A stretch of 26,848 bases of DNA from Candidatus Micrarchaeaceae archaeon (GCA_050013715.1 JBEKES010000010.1:1-26848), one strand, 5' to 3'; shown: positions 17,103 through 26,848, counted from the stretch's first letter. Program-made: numbers and translations. Notes: generated by a model not told the origin, from the sequence alone.

Positions 17103-18707
17103 ATGGAGACCAGGAAAGCAGAAGAGATATTCAAGGAGTTCAAGGAGCATTCGATAGCAGAATTCTTCAAGAAGAATAGGCAAATGTTAGGTTATTCAGG
17201 TAAAGTGCGCTCATTAGTCACTGTTGTCCACGAATATGTCACTAATAGTTTAGATGCATGTGAAGAGGGCAACATACTGCCAGATATAGAAGTCAGAGTC
17301 AAGCAGATAGATGAAGATAGATACAACATAGTAGTTATTGATAACGGGCCAGGAATACCAAGAACTTTTGTAGGCAAGGCGCTTGCAACAATACTTGCTG
17401 GGACAAAATTCCACAGATATGTACAACAGAGAGGCCAGCAAGGTATAGGAGCTGCGGGTTGCACTCTCTTTGCACAGATAACTACAGGAAAGCAAATATT
17501 GGTGAAATCAGGAACAGGAACAGGCAAGGCTTATTCGTGCAACATTGCAATAGACACCATAAAGAACAAGCCGATTGTTGCCAATCTTGTTGACATAGGT
17601 GATTTCAAAGGATTATATGTAGAGGGAGAATTCGCTGATGTAAAATATGAGAACAGCGACCACGGCATTTATGAGTATTTGCGAAGAACCGCACTGTCCA
17701 ATCCTCACGTTCAAATAAAATTCATAGATCCCGAAGGCAAGGAGAGCGTTTTTGTAAGGGCAGTAAACGTAATGCCTGAAAGGCCAAAGCCGACAAAGCC
17801 TCACCCGCTTGGATTAGCGGTTAACGATTTGCTTGAGTTTGCACAGATGAGCCAGAGCAGGAAGTTGAGCGCATTCCTTGTTGATACATTTGCTAGAGTG
17901 ACCCCAAACAAGGTTGCAGAATTAAAGGAATTTGCAAAAACTCTTGACTTTGAGAAAGATCCAAGAACACTTACCTGGCCGGAAGCAGAAGAATTAATAA
18001 AAGCATTCGAAAGCGTGAAATGGATTGCTCCAGATGCTTCGCAAATAAAGCCGATAGGAGAGGAGCAGATAAAAGTCGCATTGAAGAACATACTTGATCC
18101 TGAATTCATGAATGTAGTGGAGAGAAAACCAGCAGTTTTCAAGGGAGGAGTTCCTTTCATAGTTGAAGCTGCAGTTGCATTTGGAGGAACAGCGGGAAAG
18201 AAGACAGATGAAGGATATTCAGGTTCAATATTACGATTCGCAAACAGGGTGCCATTGCTTTTTGACATAGGCTCATGCGCCATAACAGTTGCTGCAAGAG
18301 ACGTCCAATGGAAAAGATACAACATAGACATAGACACTCAACCGGTAAGCATTCTTGTTAATGTTTCATCGGCACATATTCCTTATTCAGGTGTTGGAAA
18401 GGAATCAATAGCCCAAGAAGAGGAGATAATAGACGAGATAAAGCTTGCAGTTATGGAAGCTGCTAGAGGAGTCCAGAGATACGTAAGCGGAAAACTGAGA
18501 TTGCATGATGAAGAGAACAGGTACAAAACAATAATGAGATACACAAAACAATTGGCACAGGATCTTCACGAAATAACAGGAAAAGATCAAAAGAAATTAG
18601 AAATTAGCATAGAGCAATTAGTGGCAAAGAACTATCCAAAAGTAACGGAAAAGGAATTACCAAAAAAAGAGAAGGAAGAAGAGCCAGAAATTGAAGAAGA
18701 GAACTAG
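17103..18707 (+). CDS. top6B: DNA topoisomerase VI subunit B
   Basis: SIAEFFKKNRQMLGY; GHKL motifs HEYVTNSLDACEE, DNGPG and RGQQGIG; RFANRVPLL transducer. Confidence 0.97.
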   Translation: METRKAEEIFKEFKEHSIAEFFKKNRQMLGYSGKVRSLVTVVHEYVTNSLDACEEGNILPDIEVRVKQIDEDRYNIVVIDNGPGIPRTFVGKALATILAGTKFHRYVQQRGQQGIGAAGCTLFAQITTGKQILVKSGTGTGKAYSCNIAIDTIKNKPIVANLVDIGDFKGLYVEGEFADVKYENSDHGIYEYLRRTALSNPHVQIKFIDPEGKESVFVRAVNVMPERPKPTKPHPLGLAVNDLLEFAQMSQSRKLSAFLVDTFARVTPNKVAELKEFAKTLDFEKDPRTLTWPEAEELIKAFESVKWIAPDASQIKPIGEEQIKVALKNILDPEFMNVVERKPAVFKGGVPFIVEAAVAFGGTAGKKTDEGYSGSILRFANRVPLLFDIGSCAITVAARDVQWKRYNIDIDTQPVSILVNVSSAHIPYSGVGKESIAQEEEIIDEIKLAVMEAARGVQRYVSGKLRLHDEENRYKTIMRYTKQLAQDLHEITGKDQKKLEISIEQLVAKNYPKVTEKELPKKEKEEEPEIEEEN

Positions 18708-18734
18708 TCCAAAATTGGCAGGGGCGAGATTAGT

Positions 18735-20090
18735 ATGGGGCTGCAGAATAAGATAGGCACTGAATCCAATGCCATAGAGCTTAACGGAAATTTTCGAATG
18801 GCGTTGAAGCTGCTTGAGAACACCTCGCAGAATGTTTTCATAACCGGAAAGGCAGGAACGGGCAAATCAACCCTTTTGGAGTATTTCCGTTCAATAACGG
18901 AAAAGAACATCGCAGTTCTGGCACCTACTGGAGTTGCTGCGCTTAATGTAAAGGGTCAAACTATCCATTCGTTCTTCCATTTCAAGCCAGATATAACTCC
19001 AGACACTGTCAAAAGGGCTTACAATGCATCGATCTACAAGGCGCTTGACACCATAATAATAGACGAGATATCAATGGTAAGGGCTGATCTTCTCGATTGT
19101 ATTGATCGCTTCATGAGGCTTAGCGGAAGGGACTCCACACTACCTTTCGGAGGAGTTCAGATGATTTTCATAGGTGACCTTTACCAATTATCGCCAGTAG
19201 TTACAGAGGCGGAGCAGGAAATATTTAATGGACCATACAAAAGCCAGTACTTCTTTGATTCGTATTCATTCAATGAATTGAAATTTGAATTCGTAGAATT
19301 AACCAAACACTACCGCCAGAAAGACAAGGCTTTCATAGAACTTTTGAACGCAATAAGGAACAATTCCGCTACTGATGCACATCTTAATGATCTCAACAGA
19401 AGATTCAATCCTAGCTTTTTCCCAAAAGATTCTGATATGTATATAACACTTACCACAACAAACAAGTTGGCAGATATCATAAACGATATCAATCTATCCA
19501 AGATTCCAAGAATATCATGCACCTATGCAGCATCAATCACCGGCGAATTCAATAAAAACTTTTTGCCAGCCGATGAGAATCTTGTTCTCAAAGAGGGCGC
19601 TCAGGTAATGCTGCTGAATAACGACATAAACAAGAGGTGGGTCAACGGCAGCATAGGCAAAGTAATCAGAATGGAAGAGGAAGATTTGGATGGTTCGATA
19701 GTAATTAGATTGATTGATGGATCTGAAGTACATGTGGAGCCATATACATGGGAATTGTTCAAATTCTCCTACGACAACATCACAAAGAGATTATCATCAA
19801 ATAAAATGGGAAGCTTCAGGCAATACCCGATGATGCTCTCCTGGGCTGTTACGATACACAAAAGCCAGGGAAAAACATTCGACCATGTTGTAATAGACAT
19901 AGGATCAGGAACATTCGCGCATGGCCAGTTGTATGTTGCTCTTAGCAGGTGCACAACGCTTGACGGCATTGTATTGAAGAAGCGCGTTGAAAAAAGACAT
20001 ATTCTTACCGATGTGCGCATAGTTAATTTTCTGAAGAAATATGAAGATGCTTCCAAGATGTCCTTGGATGATTCCTTAAAGGCATTATAA
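18735..20090 (+). CDS. Pif1-family SF1B DNA helicase
   Basis: FITGKAGTGKS, APTGVAA, GQTIHSFF, IIDEISMV, PFGGVQMIFIGDLYQL, WAVTIHKSQG, GQLYVALSR. Confidence 0.92.
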   Translation: MGLQNKIGTESNAIELNGNFRMALKLLENTSQNVFITGKAGTGKSTLLEYFRSITEKNIAVLAPTGVAALNVKGQTIHSFFHFKPDITPDTVKRAYNASIYKALDTIIIDEISMVRADLLDCIDRFMRLSGRDSTLPFGGVQMIFIGDLYQLSPVVTEAEQEIFNGPYKSQYFFDSYSFNELKFEFVELTKHYRQKDKAFIELLNAIRNNSATDAHLNDLNRRFNPSFFPKDSDMYITLTTTNKLADIINDINLSKIPRISCTYAASITGEFNKNFLPADENLVLKEGAQVMLLNNDINKRWVNGSIGKVIRMEEEDLDGSIVIRLIDGSEVHVEPYTWELFKFSYDNITKRLSSNKMGSFRQYPMMLSWAVTIHKSQGKTFDHVVIDIGSGTFAHGQLYVALSRCTTLDGIVLKKRVEKRHILTDVRIVNFLKKYEDASKMSLDDSLKAL

Positions 20091-20103
20091 ATTATACGCA
20101 ACA

Positions 20104-21084
20104 TCATTCTTTTGCGCCGTGAATCTTAAGGGGAGGATCTCTTACGGATGTCATAACAATGGGATTGCCCCAGCTGACTTTGCAATTACCCATTGGCAGC
20201 ATCTTTTCCCCGAATATCGTTTTTCTCTTATTATCTGGGGTTTCCCAGATTTGATATTGTGCAAGTGCTTTGAGAAGCATTGAATCTTTAAGTATTTCTC
20301 CAGTTTTCGGGTCCACCATTGTAACAGAACATCTATCGCATGGCTTAGGATCCATAAAAGGAATTCCGGGAATTTCACCTATAATTCCCTCATTAACCAT
20401 GTGTTCTATTTGATTGGGCAAATTGGGATTAGTAATCTTTATTATGAAATTAGGTCTTAGTCGTTCCCATGAAATTTCCCGCTTACCCATTTCTTCTTCT
20501 GATTCTTTTCCAGATAATTTAAAAGTTCTTTTGGATAATTCGGCAAGGGATTGTTCCGTAAACCAATGTATAGGATACGAATCAGGATATGTAAGAACTG
20601 TATCATTTTGAACGTATTTTTGCGATGCGGCGCGTTCAAGTTCCCTTGGGGCTCTAACAAGCTTTGCTGGTGCTTCCAAATGCTCCGTAAGCCAGCGCTC
20701 AATCTCTTTTCCTGCATCTATGCCAATTGTTATTTCTCTTTTATGTAATTGCACATATAGTTCTTCTCCATACCTATCGTTTAAATTTATACTAATAGGA
20801 TCAAATCCGGCCCAGGTTAATTTTAATGAATCATTATACAATTCCTGTCTTATCAGAGCAAGCCTTGGCTTTTCCCTTTGAGTTATAAATTTATGAACAT
20901 TATCTTCATGATTGGCCTCAACTACCATGAATTCCCTGTCCTTTACATTCGCCACTTCAAGGCCGCTTGTCCTTAGTAATGCATCAGTAGTTTCAATCAT
21001 TGTCGCTCCTTTTATTGGAGAGAATGCGATTTTTGTAATTATTCCTATTTCTGCTGGCGTTTCAATGTGCTTTGTATTGCCCAT
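20104..21084 (-). CDS. MOSC-domain protein (mARC/YcbX-like)
   Basis: PIKG, DREFMVV, FITQREKPRLALI, YPDSYP, RLRPNFII and PCDRCSVTMVDP. Confidence 0.88.
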   Translation of the reverse strand: MGNTKHIETPAEIGIITKIAFSPIKGATMIETTDALLRTSGLEVANVKDREFMVVEANHEDNVHKFITQREKPRLALIRQELYNDSLKLTWAGFDPISINLNDRYGEELYVQLHKREITIGIDAGKEIERWLTEHLEAPAKLVRAPRELERAASQKYVQNDTVLTYPDSYPIHWFTEQSLAELSKRTFKLSGKESEEEMGKREISWERLRPNFIIKITNPNLPNQIEHMVNEGIIGEIPGIPFMDPKPCDRCSVTMVDPKTGEILKDSMLLKALAQYQIWETPDNKRKTIFGEKMLPMGNCKVSWGNPIVMTSVRDPPLKIHGAKE

Positions 21085-21135
21085 GAGAAGATTGTATTTC
21101 TTTATAATATTTATAAGTTATTGTTTGAGATAATG

Positions 21136-23580
21136 CTATTGCATTAGGTCTTGAGGATTATCTGCATCGACCAGCTTTATGAAACCCGCATCTATGTACA
21201 TTTTCAATTCCTCTGCACCTACGTTTGTCGAATTGTATAGACTGTTCTTGAATTCCTCCATCCTGTAGGAATTGAGGAATGCAAGATATGTCTTTGATCC
21301 TGTATATATGGGCATTTTTTCGTATTTGCTTGTCTTTGAGTATATTACAATGTATTTTCTTTCATTGTGCAAAGTTGCAACTATGTCCGAATTGGAGCTC
21401 ATGTCAAGATCTGTAAATATGAACGCGTGCGTTACCAGATAGAGCCTTAATTTCTTGAAAGTTGCAAGATATTCTATGTCGTGCTTGCTTTGGTTCATCC
21501 ACTGCACTGGTGCATACAGACTATCAACGCTTACCAGATAATTCCTTACGGTGAGCTGGTCCAGCAATTTCTCTATGTTGTTGTAGGTGAGGCTCACGGG
21601 TATGTTGCTTATCTTTATGTTCGATGCTATAGCCGCTTTTATCTCGGCCTTTGACAATGGCATGTACCTCCAATGGTACGAATTATTCAGCTTGTCGAAA
21701 ACGGACATGAAGTCATCTGGCTTCATCATTATCTTTGTCTTCGGCTCTTCGGGTAGATTAGGCACATCTATGTAGAATTCGTCCCTGTTCGGTGCCCTTA
21801 CCAGCACTATCATCGCGATCATGAATATGACAACAACGGCTATTTCTATGTACTGCTCGCTTACTCCGAAAGGCAGTGGGTTGTAGCTGCTTACGTAATA
21901 GGTATTCTTTCCAAGTATGTTAACCGAGAAGTTCAATGTTCCGCGTATTGTGGGAGTGCCCTTCGGAACAGAATAATTGAGAAATCCATGCTTTATGATT
22001 CCAGTGCTTGGATACAGATTGTTGAGTTCCATGGTGTAGTTTATGTTGTTGAGTGGTTGCCTTGCCGAAGTTATCGAGAACACAAAACCATCAGTTGTTA
22101 GGTTTGCGCTTATCGGCGTTATGGTAATTGGAGTTGTATTGAAATATGCAGCTGCGTATTCCTTTCCGGAAAAGTCGCTGAGCTTTATTATGTAGCTCGT
22201 ATTGGGAGCAAGCAGCATTCGCTCGGAACTAGAGAAGTTGACATTGCCCATTACGTTCAGCAATGGAGGCAGCGGCGTTCCGCTGGGCCCCCAGGCGCTG
22301 GTAACAGGAGTCATATTAAGATTGTATATCTGCATGTGAAGAGTAAGGCTTATGGGATTCTGAGATCCAGTTGATATGTTAAATGAGAATGGAACTGTCT
22401 GGTTTATCACTATTGAATTTCCCAGACCTATGCTGCCGTTATAGTAGAGTAAGGGATTTGACCTTATGTAAGTATAGCTGCTGTTGGAATAGCCATAGGA
22501 ATATGTTGAATTTGCAGTAATCGCAATTCTGAATTGGCCATTATCGAATGCACTCACATAGGTAGAATTCAATGGCACTTTCAGCGAATTCAGCAGAACG
22601 CCCATGTCCCCTGAGCTTGGCGCGCTTGCACTCAAATGCACGGTCCTTGACCCTTGTGCAAGTCTGGGAAGCCAGAATAATTTCTGTATTGCAGTTGCAA
22701 GGTCATGGCCAGTCTGGTTTGGAGGAGACACGTCAGGATAATTCGAAATCGCCACGATGGATCCGTTGTAAACATTCTCATAGGTCATTGTGCTGTAGTT
22801 GCTGTTATTGGTCTCAAATGAGAAGGTAGCATTGGTAAAGTAAAATGGAGGGTTCTTCAATTTAAGTGTATTCACTGTTCTCGGCACTGTGTCAAGATAC
22901 AACGGGAATGCAAGCTGGTTTGGAGGAACGGCTAATCCGCCCGCCTGGACGACCCTTGAGAAATTCTGGCCTACATATAATATGCTTGTGTGCTCGTTAA
23001 GCAGATAATCAAGAATTGTTGTGTTGCCGCTTCCCGAAGGGCCAAGCAATTGGCTTGGAAGCAATCCATTTAGTATAACAAGTATCGAATCCGGGGGCAA
23101 TGACTTTATGTTGGATATTGAAATTAGGAATATATCAGAGGTATTCTGCACTATATTGTATTTTACAAGATTGGTGTACATGGAAGTTTCTATTGCGTCG
23201 CTGTTTCCGCAGCTTATGCACTGGTCGCTCACATTTAAAATGTATATGAATCTAGGCTCCGGATAATCGTATATGCTTGCGTTTATGTTTATGAGATTTA
23301 CATTGTTTGAATTATAGGCCACAAGGCCGAAGGGCACAAAATACTGCGCATTCTTGAAGGTCAATAATTCCTGACCTATCAGCGAGCTTTCCATAAACGG
23401 CTGAGGGAAAGATGCAGAATTCCTTGAGGAAGAATTGAATGCTGCATCTATCTCTATTTTAAGAAAAACAGCAAGCAGCGCGATTCCTATTATCAATACA
23501 AGAACGAATGCAATTATGAGTTTTTTATTAAGGGGATTCCTGCTCTTCTGAGCACCTACCTGACTAGCTAAAACCATCAT
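21136..23580 (-). CDS. Large hypothetical membrane protein: extracellular domain between two TMs, cytoplasmic C-terminal domain
   Basis: N-terminal TM, ~530-aa region rich in N-x-S/T sequons, second TM (IEIAVVVIFMIAMIVLV), then a ~220-aa charged domain. Confidence 0.75.
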   Translation of the reverse strand: MMVLASQVGAQKSRNPLNKKLIIAFVLVLIIGIALLAVFLKIEIDAAFNSSSRNSASFPQPFMESSLIGQELLTFKNAQYFVPFGLVAYNSNNVNLININASIYDYPEPRFIYILNVSDQCISCGNSDAIETSMYTNLVKYNIVQNTSDIFLISISNIKSLPPDSILVILNGLLPSQLLGPSGSGNTTILDYLLNEHTSILYVGQNFSRVVQAGGLAVPPNQLAFPLYLDTVPRTVNTLKLKNPPFYFTNATFSFETNNSNYSTMTYENVYNGSIVAISNYPDVSPPNQTGHDLATAIQKLFWLPRLAQGSRTVHLSASAPSSGDMGVLLNSLKVPLNSTYVSAFDNGQFRIAITANSTYSYGYSNSSYTYIRSNPLLYYNGSIGLGNSIVINQTVPFSFNISTGSQNPISLTLHMQIYNLNMTPVTSAWGPSGTPLPPLLNVMGNVNFSSSERMLLAPNTSYIIKLSDFSGKEYAAAYFNTTPITITPISANLTTDGFVFSITSARQPLNNINYTMELNNLYPSTGIIKHGFLNYSVPKGTPTIRGTLNFSVNILGKNTYYVSSYNPLPFGVSEQYIEIAVVVIFMIAMIVLVRAPNRDEFYIDVPNLPEEPKTKIMMKPDDFMSVFDKLNNSYHWRYMPLSKAEIKAAIASNIKISNIPVSLTYNNIEKLLDQLTVRNYLVSVDSLYAPVQWMNQSKHDIEYLATFKKLRLYLVTHAFIFTDLDMSSNSDIVATLHNERKYIVIYSKTSKYEKMPIYTGSKTYLAFLNSYRMEEFKNSLYNSTNVGAEELKMYIDAGFIKLVDADNPQDLMQ

Positions 23581-23744
23581 CTCAGCCTTTCTATGGCAGT
23601 TTGCTGCTCAGCGGTCTTCTTCTGCCTTACGAACAAACGCATAAACAGCTTGGTCATGAAGTTGTCCTTTCTGCCGATTTTATTTTTTATAGCATATACT
23701 TTGATGTTGCGCAATTTCCTGTTAACCCTAGCTTGATAGATCAT
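23577..23744 (-). CDS. Small basic protein, 55 aa (not in ORF track)
   Basis: MIYQARVNRKLRNIKVYAIKNKIGRKDNFMTKLFMRLFVRQKKTAEQQTAIERLR*. ATG lies 1 nt after the upstream TAA, and its TGA overlaps the downstream ATG (ATGA). Confidence 0.6.
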   Translation of the reverse strand: MIYQARVNRKLRNIKVYAIKNKIGRKDNFMTKLFMRLFVRQKKTAEQQTAIERLR

Positions 23745-23745
23745 A

Positions 23746-24474
23746 TTAACCCTTTAATTCGATATAGCCGAGAGAAACCATCTTGTTTAGTATCTGCTCG
23801 ACTCTTGTCGGTGACATCTTGTTCTCCTTTGCGAAGGCATTGACATCTATTGTGTCGTCGTGGGATTCCAGCCATTCCTGAACCATGACCATGAGAGCAT
23901 TGTCCGAATATGCCTCCAATGTCTTTAATCTGTCGCGGAGGTCCTTGTCCTCATCGGTAATCTGCATTGCCTGCACGGTAAGGTTCTTGTTCGATGCCTC
24001 TAATTCTATGTTAAGCCTTTTCAATTCGCGGTACTCGTTGAATAATGAATCGTAATTGTTGAAAAGAGAGCTATAGCTCTGGTTCAGCGAACCGAGGACA
24101 TCGTCTATGGCGCTGTCAAGATACTGGAATAATTCAACATCATCAACGGAATAAAGGTCGGAAATTAGCGAAAGCACATTCAGAAGCGTTTTGAGCACTG
24201 ATAGCTTCCTGAGCTTAGGACTAGAATCAAGGTTTATGGTGTAATCAAGGGCAACCTTGTTCGAACCCAGTTCTATAATCATGAATATGAAGGGCCTTTT
24301 CTGTATGTCCCTGCTCTCCACTCTTACAAGCCTTATGCCCATTGGCGTCTTTTCTATTATAAAAAGCTGGAGCTTTGAAAGCCTTGAATATATCTCGTCA
24401 AAATTATTCAAGAGCTTGGAATTCAGCTCAATGCTGTCTGTTTTCGGCTCCACAACAACAACGTCATCAGGCAA
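23746..24474 (-). CDS. Hypothetical protein with coiled coil and C-terminal winged HTH
   Basis: Heptad region then TIDVNAFAKENKMSPTRVEQILNKMVSLGYIELK; TTG start. Confidence 0.7.
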   Translation of the reverse strand: MPDDVVVVEPKTDSIELNSKLLNNFDEIYSRLSKLQLFIIEKTPMGIRLVRVESRDIQKRPFIFMIIELGSNKVALDYTINLDSSPKLRKLSVLKTLLNVLSLISDLYSVDDVELFQYLDSAIDDVLGSLNQSYSSLFNNYDSLFNEYRELKRLNIELEASNKNLTVQAMQITDEDKDLRDRLKTLEAYSDNALMVMVQEWLESHDDTIDVNAFAKENKMSPTRVEQILNKMVSLGYIELKG

Positions 24475-24611
24475 ATAAACACTCTTTTATCTTACACTTC
24501 AAGCAAAGTTCCAAATCTTCCCCTGAAGTGAATATATGAAGAGTATATTTATATATCTTTATTATCTCTGATTTTTGCCAAAAAGCGCAGCCAAGTACAC
24601 GTCTTTGCATG

Positions 24612-25454
24612 CTATGCAGACAAATCAGGATATCCGCAAAAGCCCTTGGTTCTTAAAAGAGAAAACGCTTTGTGTATTAGTGTTACGAATTCCTGGGTTT
24701 GCCAATTATGATTTCTCTGTTCTTGCCCTACATTAGAAAGTTTCATTAATCTTTTTGCCAGCTCCTGGTTTTCCTTAAGGAATTCTTCCCATGCCTCAAA
24801 ACTGGTCTTTTCCAAGCGAATCTCAATTCCATCAAGATCCACATACCTTAGGATATTGCGCGCACCCAATTCCATTTGTGCTCTTTTTATTTCCTCCTTT
24901 GATGGTCGCTCTCTGATTTCTTTCTGTTTCAGATATCTTTCCACAGCTCTTAGGTAACTCTTGGCTTCAGAATTGCCAAATTGAGTATCACCGAAAAGTA
25001 GTGTATGATTCTTATGCTTTTCCTGGAATCTGGCAGTATGCTGCTCCAGGAGTAAATCTTTTATGACAAGTTTATTGAATGAATTTGCATCCATAGAAAT
25101 TAGTTCAGTACTCAAAAGGAACATGAGCGGCAAATTATTAGTTGACAATTCTGGAATCCCCTGACTTTCTATTTTCTCTAATGTAAAATCATAGTCATAT
25201 CCGCGCCCCAGGGTAATTATTTCGTTTTCACATGAAGTTATTCTGTTTATGCCAATTGGAGACACATTGGCTTTTGATATAGTTTTATAATAGAACAGGA
25301 ACCTGTCCGCTTTGTGCTTTTCTTCTTCGGTTAAACTACCCATTGCCCTTTGCAATTGCTCTGTCTTGATGTCCATGCCTCTCATCAGTTTGCTTACTTC
25401 TTGCCTAAGCTCGCCCTGAGTCTTTGGGTAAGGACTTGATAGCTCAACGCCCAC
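24612..25454 (-). CDS. Hypothetical helical protein
   Basis: 280-aa ORF with GTG start after GTGAT; no recognised motif. Confidence 0.6.
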   Translation of the reverse strand: MGVELSSPYPKTQGELRQEVSKLMRGMDIKTEQLQRAMGSLTEEEKHKADRFLFYYKTISKANVSPIGINRITSCENEIITLGRGYDYDFTLEKIESQGIPELSTNNLPLMFLLSTELISMDANSFNKLVIKDLLLEQHTARFQEKHKNHTLLFGDTQFGNSEAKSYLRAVERYLKQKEIRERPSKEEIKRAQMELGARNILRYVDLDGIEIRLEKTSFEAWEEFLKENQELAKRLMKLSNVGQEQRNHNWQTQEFVTLIHKAFSLLRTKGFCGYPDLSA

Positions 25455-25561
25455 GTTATCACATAGGATTACTGTTGAATGAGATATAAATATACTTCCT
25501 TTCGGACAAATTCCCTCTTCAACGATTCATGGAGTTCCCTTTTATCAGAGCCATTTTACAT

Positions 25562-26509
25562 TCATATTATTGGATGCTGTATCGCATTTAGATATGCCTG
25601 CGGTATCACAAATTCTGAGCTTGAGACATTTGTTGATACTACCGCTGCAGTGAATGTAAATGAGCTTGGAATGCCTCCAACTACGTTTGTTTGGTTGAAG
25701 TACAGTGGTATTCCGTATTGCCTGTCGATGCAGATGTTGAAAACGCTGTAGTTGGACTGTATGTTCGATCCTGTTGCATTGGATATTATGAAGTCGTCGC
25801 AGTCTCTTCCGGCTATTGTCTTTGATCCACTATAACTGATGGAACTGTTCAGTATAAGATAGCTCAACGAGCTCACATTAACAGCGGTGAAAGGCGATTC
25901 TTCAAGGTAGCTAAGACTCTGATCGCCGGTGCCGCACTGAAGGCTTGAGTTTGTGACAAGCACTGAAGAATAGGTAGTATCGTTAAAGCAGGTAACTGTT
26001 TGATTGGTGTTGTAGTAGTATATGTCGCTCACATTCTTTGCTATTTGCTCTCCGTTCTGGAAATCCCTATAGGTAAGTATATCAGTGAATACTGTTTTGT
26101 TGTAATTGCCAAGCTTGTAAGAATCAATTGTCTGATTGTCCGTTATTGCTATGGTAAGATTGCTTGATTGTTTTACGTAGTTTGTTCCGTTGTTTGAATA
26201 GTATGAAACATACATGTTGCTCACATTCTCTGACTTTTTAAGGTCGCTGATAAAAAGCAATTGCGTCTGGTTCAGGCTGGAGTTGGTTGCATTGTTAAGT
26301 ATTTGATTGCTGCTCGGGCTTTTGGGGCTGCCCAATCCTCCTGCTAGCACATAGTATACAATTCCTATTATTAGTATTACGACAACAGCTATTGCCACGT
26401 ACACCCATGGGCTTCTCTGGTCTTTGGTTGCAGTTGTCTGAGTACTATTGCTTGTACTGCTTTGGCTGTTTGAATTATTGCTATTATTGCTTGTGCTTTT
26501 TTTGGCCAT
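25562..26509 (-). CDS. Membrane-anchored secreted glycoprotein-like protein
   Basis: Ser/Asn/Thr-rich leader, single TM, many N-x-S/T sequons, four Cys, GSKTIAGRDCDDF. Confidence 0.7.
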   Translation of the reverse strand: MAKKSTSNNSNNSNSQSSTSNSTQTTATKDQRSPWVYVAIAVVVILIIGIVYYVLAGGLGSPKSPSSNQILNNATNSSLNQTQLLFISDLKKSENVSNMYVSYYSNNGTNYVKQSSNLTIAITDNQTIDSYKLGNYNKTVFTDILTYRDFQNGEQIAKNVSDIYYYNTNQTVTCFNDTTYSSVLVTNSSLQCGTGDQSLSYLEESPFTAVNVSSLSYLILNSSISYSGSKTIAGRDCDDFIISNATGSNIQSNYSVFNICIDRQYGIPLYFNQTNVVGGIPSSFTFTAAVVSTNVSSSEFVIPQAYLNAIQHPII

Positions 26510-26598
26510 GAAGTCATCCCATGCTTATTTTAATTATATAATTATATTAGTTACGCTTATATTATTTATCTTGTCTTATATTTAGTGCAGGTGAATAA

Positions 26599-26848
26599 TT
26601 GGCGAAAAAAAAGCAACGTAGGCAAAACAAGAAGATACCTTTAGGAATTACATTACTTGGGATAATACTTGCTGGAATAATCGGCGCCTTTTCAGGAGTT
26701 TATTCATCAGTAATATTCAGCAACTTTGGAACACTCTTCATGATACTAAGGAGCAGCTTCCTTTTCATTGCTGGGATCTTCAGCTTCATACTTGCCTATG
26801 GACTCTGGAAAGGGGCAAAATGGGGCTGGTGGCTTGGCATAATAGTGT
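26599..26848 (+). CDS. Small membrane protein (3'-truncated by window edge; not in ORF track)
   Basis: AGGTGA RBS then TTG: MAKKKQRRQNKKIPLGITLLGII...LAYGLWKGAKWGWWLGIIV, open to the window end. Confidence 0.7.
   Translation, partial: MAKKKQRRQNKKIPLGITLLGIILAGIIGAFSGVYSSVIFSNFGTLFMILRSSFLFIAGIFSFILAYGLWKGAKWGWWLGIIV

Noticed and set aside
232..25751. Numerous short antisense or alternate-frame ORFs in the track (e.g. 444..653, 3014..3364, 17801..18337, 23601..23843)
   Set aside because: They are shadows of well-supported genes, with no motifs of their own.
25562..26509. Possible archaeosortase substrate
   Set aside because: No C-terminal PGF/PEF-type motif, TM helix and basic tail; the anchor is N-terminal.

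Overview
Archaeal chromosomal segment, most likely DPANN/Micrarchaeota-like. This placement is inferred from gene content and style: secF-secD, NMD3, archease, Dim2/Pno1, top6B, class III pilins, an AglB-like protein, an archaeosortase and GGTG-type RBS. The housekeeping backbone also has class II lysS, a family-4-like UDG, a Pif1-like helicase, a MOSC protein and a B12-type radical SAM enzyme. Elements missing from or mis-called in the ORF track: tRNA-Cys(GCA) at 5906-5976; a complete two-guide box C/D sRNA at 10929-10988; an NMD3 gene that appears to need an ATT start; an archaeosortase split by one in-frame TGA; a 55-aa operon-coupled ORF; and a partial membrane-protein gene at the right edge. 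Downstream of the tRNA is an AT-rich surface-related region (~6.0-9.45 kb). It holds an AglB paralog with a degenerate WWDYG motif, a candidate multi-hairpin RNA with repeated AAGCC loops, and a collapsed tandem array with three copies of a conserved gene tail (TRNYPANGxIPxxTF) interleaved with small membrane or pilin-like genes. Also notable are a CBS-HPF ribosome hibernation-factor-like gene coupled to a pilin, and a three-gene operon encoding a large membrane protein with a cytoplasmic wHTH plus nuclease-like fold. No CRISPR array, rRNA, integrase or transposase was seen.
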